Source: Candidatus Poribacteria bacterium (GTDB taxonomy: Bacteria; Poribacteria; WGA-4E; PCPOR2b). Taken from it: a stretch of DNA of 64,000 nt. This document shows, one piece after another, positions 61,657-64,000 of the stretch. The first letter of the stretch is position 1. Every line of letters starts with the position of its first letter. The translations under genes and the position numbers were made by a program. Below the pieces are notes generated by a model. It did no database searches. It was given only the letters and a program-made list of their open reading frames with translations, and was not told the origin of the DNA. Location of the stretch: assembly GCA_965208675.1 (NCBI GenBank), contig OZ242351.1, positions 2,048,001 through 2,112,000 on the forward strand. Direction: 5' to 3'.

Positions 61657-62475
61657 ATGTTATCCCAAAGACAACGACAACACTTTGATTCCTTCGGATT
61701 CGTGCTGTTGCGCCAGTTGTTTGATACCGGCGAAATGGACACGCTGCGCAGCGAGTTTGAAATCGGGCTTGAGAGTAAGTATCGCCATGCCCCCTTCGAC
61801 GGCACCCGGATGCACCACACCTACCTGATGGAATCGAACACGCCGTTCTTTGCGTCCCTGCTCGAAGACGATCGATTCGTCTCAGTTGCTGAGTCGCTCG
61901 GCGGATCGGACATCCTCGGTATCAACGCGACCGGCAACCGGCACGTCGGCAATACGCCTTGGCATGCTGACACCGACAGCTACCATCAATACGGCGTAAA
62001 GTTCGTATTCTATTTCGATTCCCTCACCGCTGCGAACGGAGCGCTCCGCGTTGTCCCCGGTTCGCATCGCCGCCCATACTTCGATCAGATGCGCGAGTTT
62101 ACAAGCATTCACCAAAATCCGGACGGTTCTACTATAGATGAGGTCCCCGCTTTCGGCATCGAGTCTGAGCCGGGCGATGTGATTGTCTTCGACCATCGCC
62201 TTTCGCATGCGAGCCGCGGCGGTCAGGACGACCGGCGGCTTGGCGCCGTTGTGTATTACCACAACCCCGCAACTCCTGAAGAAGAGAAAGCGCTCCGTTG
62301 GGCGTTCCACAAACGCAAAAAATCCGATCTGGAAAAATTTGGCCTGCCCGTCGGTCCATGGTACGATGCGGACTGGTGGTCGGCTCCGATCCCCAGCCCA
62401 AGACGGTTGCGATGGCGCCAACGCCTTGAATCCCTCGACTTCTTCTCCCCGCTCAACGACCAAGTCACTGAATAG
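61657..62475 (+). CDS. PhyH-family dioxygenase
   Basis: FDSFGFV, TPWHAD, GALRVVPGSH, PGDVIVFD.RLSHAS. Start at ATG 61657. Confidence 0.88.
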   Translation: MLSQRQRQHFDSFGFVLLRQLFDTGEMDTLRSEFEIGLESKYRHAPFDGTRMHHTYLMESNTPFFASLLEDDRFVSVAESLGGSDILGINATGNRHVGNTPWHADTDSYHQYGVKFVFYFDSLTAANGALRVVPGSHRRPYFDQMREFTSIHQNPDGSTIDEVPAFGIESEPGDVIVFDHRLSHASRGGQDDRRLGAVVYYHNPATPEEEKALRWAFHKRKKSDLEKFGLPVGPWYDADWWSAPIPSPRRLRWRQRLESLDFFSPLNDQVTE

Positions 62476-62566
62476 ATTCGTATCGGTTGGTTTGTGCGGG
62501 CTTGCGAAACCCAACGACCAGACCCGCCATTGGACATACGGTGCCGAACGAAAGGAGAATTTCAAA

Positions 62567-63358
62567 ATGAAGCTAATTAAACTGTGTGTCATTTGTATTC
62601 CGTTTCTGTTATCTGCAGCCGGATGCGCAAAGCCAAAGTCGTCCGACTACCCCATAATCAGTCCGGATAAGGTTGTCGCCATGTGGCTTTTTGACGAAGA
62701 CCACAAAGAAATCGCCTATGATTCGTCCGGCAATGGACACGATGGGGCACTGATGGTGCGCACCACGCGAGTCCCCGGCAAGTTTGGCGCAGCTTTGCAA
62801 TTTGGTGGTGCGGGCGATGTCGTCGTCGTCCCCGATTTTGGTGAGTCCGTACCCAGCAGCGAAGTAACCGTGGCGGCATGGATCAAACTTGAAGAGATCA
62901 AAAATCACGACCTTTTCAGTTTGGTTCCCATTAGCCGCGTTGGTCATTGGAGACCCGACATCGTCGATCGCTTTACCGTGCACTTCCCGTGGAATAGGCC
63001 CCATCCGAACACCATTCACTGGCAATTTGGCGGGGAACAGATTTGGATGCATCGACCCTCGGAAACTCTGGGCAGGTGGGAACATTGGGCATTTGTAAGC
63101 AGCGCCAGCCAAAATTTCATGAAAATCTACAGAAACGGGTCCGAGGTGGCGTGGTATAAGAGTGCGGGCGAATATTCTCCCCGTACTGCGGAATTGCACA
63201 TCGGCGGGCGGCCTAGAGACTTATTGGGCGGCACTCCCGGAGGAACCTTTGGCGGTATTATCGACGAGTTCGCCGTTTTCAACGTTGCGCTAAATGAGCG
63301 CGAAATCGTATCGCTGATGGGCGGGATTCGAAATACCGTCTCGCCGATGAAACCGTGA
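62567..63358 (+). CDS. LamG-domain lipoprotein
   Basis: AAGGAG RBS, ATG 62567, lipobox LSAAGC, WLFDE...AYDSSGNGHDG, GKFG.AL.F, FGGIIDEFAVFN.AL. Confidence 0.85.
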   Translation: MKLIKLCVICIPFLLSAAGCAKPKSSDYPIISPDKVVAMWLFDEDHKEIAYDSSGNGHDGALMVRTTRVPGKFGAALQFGGAGDVVVVPDFGESVPSSEVTVAAWIKLEEIKNHDLFSLVPISRVGHWRPDIVDRFTVHFPWNRPHPNTIHWQFGGEQIWMHRPSETLGRWEHWAFVSSASQNFMKIYRNGSEVAWYKSAGEYSPRTAELHIGGRPRDLLGGTPGGTFGGIIDEFAVFNVALNEREIVSLMGGIRNTVSPMKP

Positions 63359-63382
63359 TGCGGGCTGGCGCGGTAGTTTTTG

Positions 63383-63502
63383 TAGGATCAAGTGACCGAA
63401 TAGGGAACGCGATAGTCTTGTAGTTCTTCTTAGAAGCCTTCTGCGATATTCTTCTCTGCCCATCAAATTCTCCCCCTTGCCAAGGGGGAGCGAGAGGGGG
63501 TC
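63383..63502. repeat. REP cluster homologous to 60980-61296 but without the MITE
   Basis: GTAGGATCAA..GAATA...GCGATAGTCTT..CATCAAAT..CCCCCTT-GCC-AAGGGGGAGCGAGAGGGGG. Confidence 0.7.
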
Positions 63503-63649
63503 GGGTGAGTCTTTTAGTTCTTCACACCGGTCTCGGGCGATAACCTATCCTAAACTTCATCATCATCCCTCTCGTCCGTCCCTTTCAAACGAAACTCGAC
63601 TTGGATTTCACCATTTTAAATCCGGCACCGTACGAAAGGAGAGGTTAAA

Positions 63650-64000
63650 ATGAAGCTATATAAACTGTGTGTTATAGGTATTCCGTTTCTGTTATCTGCC
63701 ACAGGATGCGCAAAGCCGAAATCGTCCGACTACCCCATGATCAGTCCGGATAAGGTCGTCGCCATGTGGCTTTTTGACGAAGACCACAAAGAAATCGCCT
63801 ATGATTCGTCCGGCAATGGACACGATGGGGCACTGATGGTGCGCACCATGCGAGTCCCCGGCAAGTTTGGCACAGCTTTACAATTTGGCGACGACGGCGA
63901 TGCCGTCGTCGTCCCTGATTTTGGTAATTTTATTCCTAGTAGCGAAGTAACCGTGGCGGCGTGGATCAAACTTGAAGAGGTCAGGAATCAGGACCTTTTC
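63650..64000 (+). CDS. LamG-domain lipoprotein, near-identical tandem paralog (truncated by window end)
   Basis: MKLYKLCVIGIPFLLSATGCAKPKSSDYP..., closely matching 62567. Confidence 0.85.
   Translation, partial: MKLYKLCVIGIPFLLSATGCAKPKSSDYPMISPDKVVAMWLFDEDHKEIAYDSSGNGHDGALMVRTMRVPGKFGTALQFGDDGDAVVVPDFGNFIPSSEVTVAAWIKLEEVRNQDLF

Noticed and set aside
62183-62566. N-terminal extension of the 391-aa ORF
   Set aside because: It overlaps the PhyH gene in another frame; the RBS and the paralog support a start at 62567.

Overview
A bacterial chromosomal window. Its gene content strongly suggests Candidatus Poribacteria or a close relative (inference): six PhyH-type dioxygenases, five LamG proteins (three with the C-terminal AVxPxGKxAxxWGxIK tail), two DUF6785/6784-type membrane proteins, an FGE-fold/FlgD-tail protein, NHL and YCF48 propellers, and a 3318-aa Ig-repeat protein. 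Housekeeping and metabolic genes include glycerate kinase, murB, a GH95-like hydrolase, a tricorn protease, glycerol dehydrogenase and MacAB-like export genes. No rRNA, tRNA or CRISPR array was seen. The most unusual signal is intergenic. A REP-associated tyrosine transposase (RAYT) lies among at least six GTAG/GTGG-led REP-like families assembled into mosaics. One family is a 'split REP' whose conserved arms (GTAGGTTGGGTWGAGCG ... AGCGWAAYCCAA) enclose an insert of exactly 72 nt in five copies (73 nt in a sixth). The inserts fall into four largely unrelated sequence types, and a near-empty copy also exists. A 223-bp MITE with a 7-bp target duplication is nested in another REP hairpin. All comparisons were made by eye; no database searches were run.
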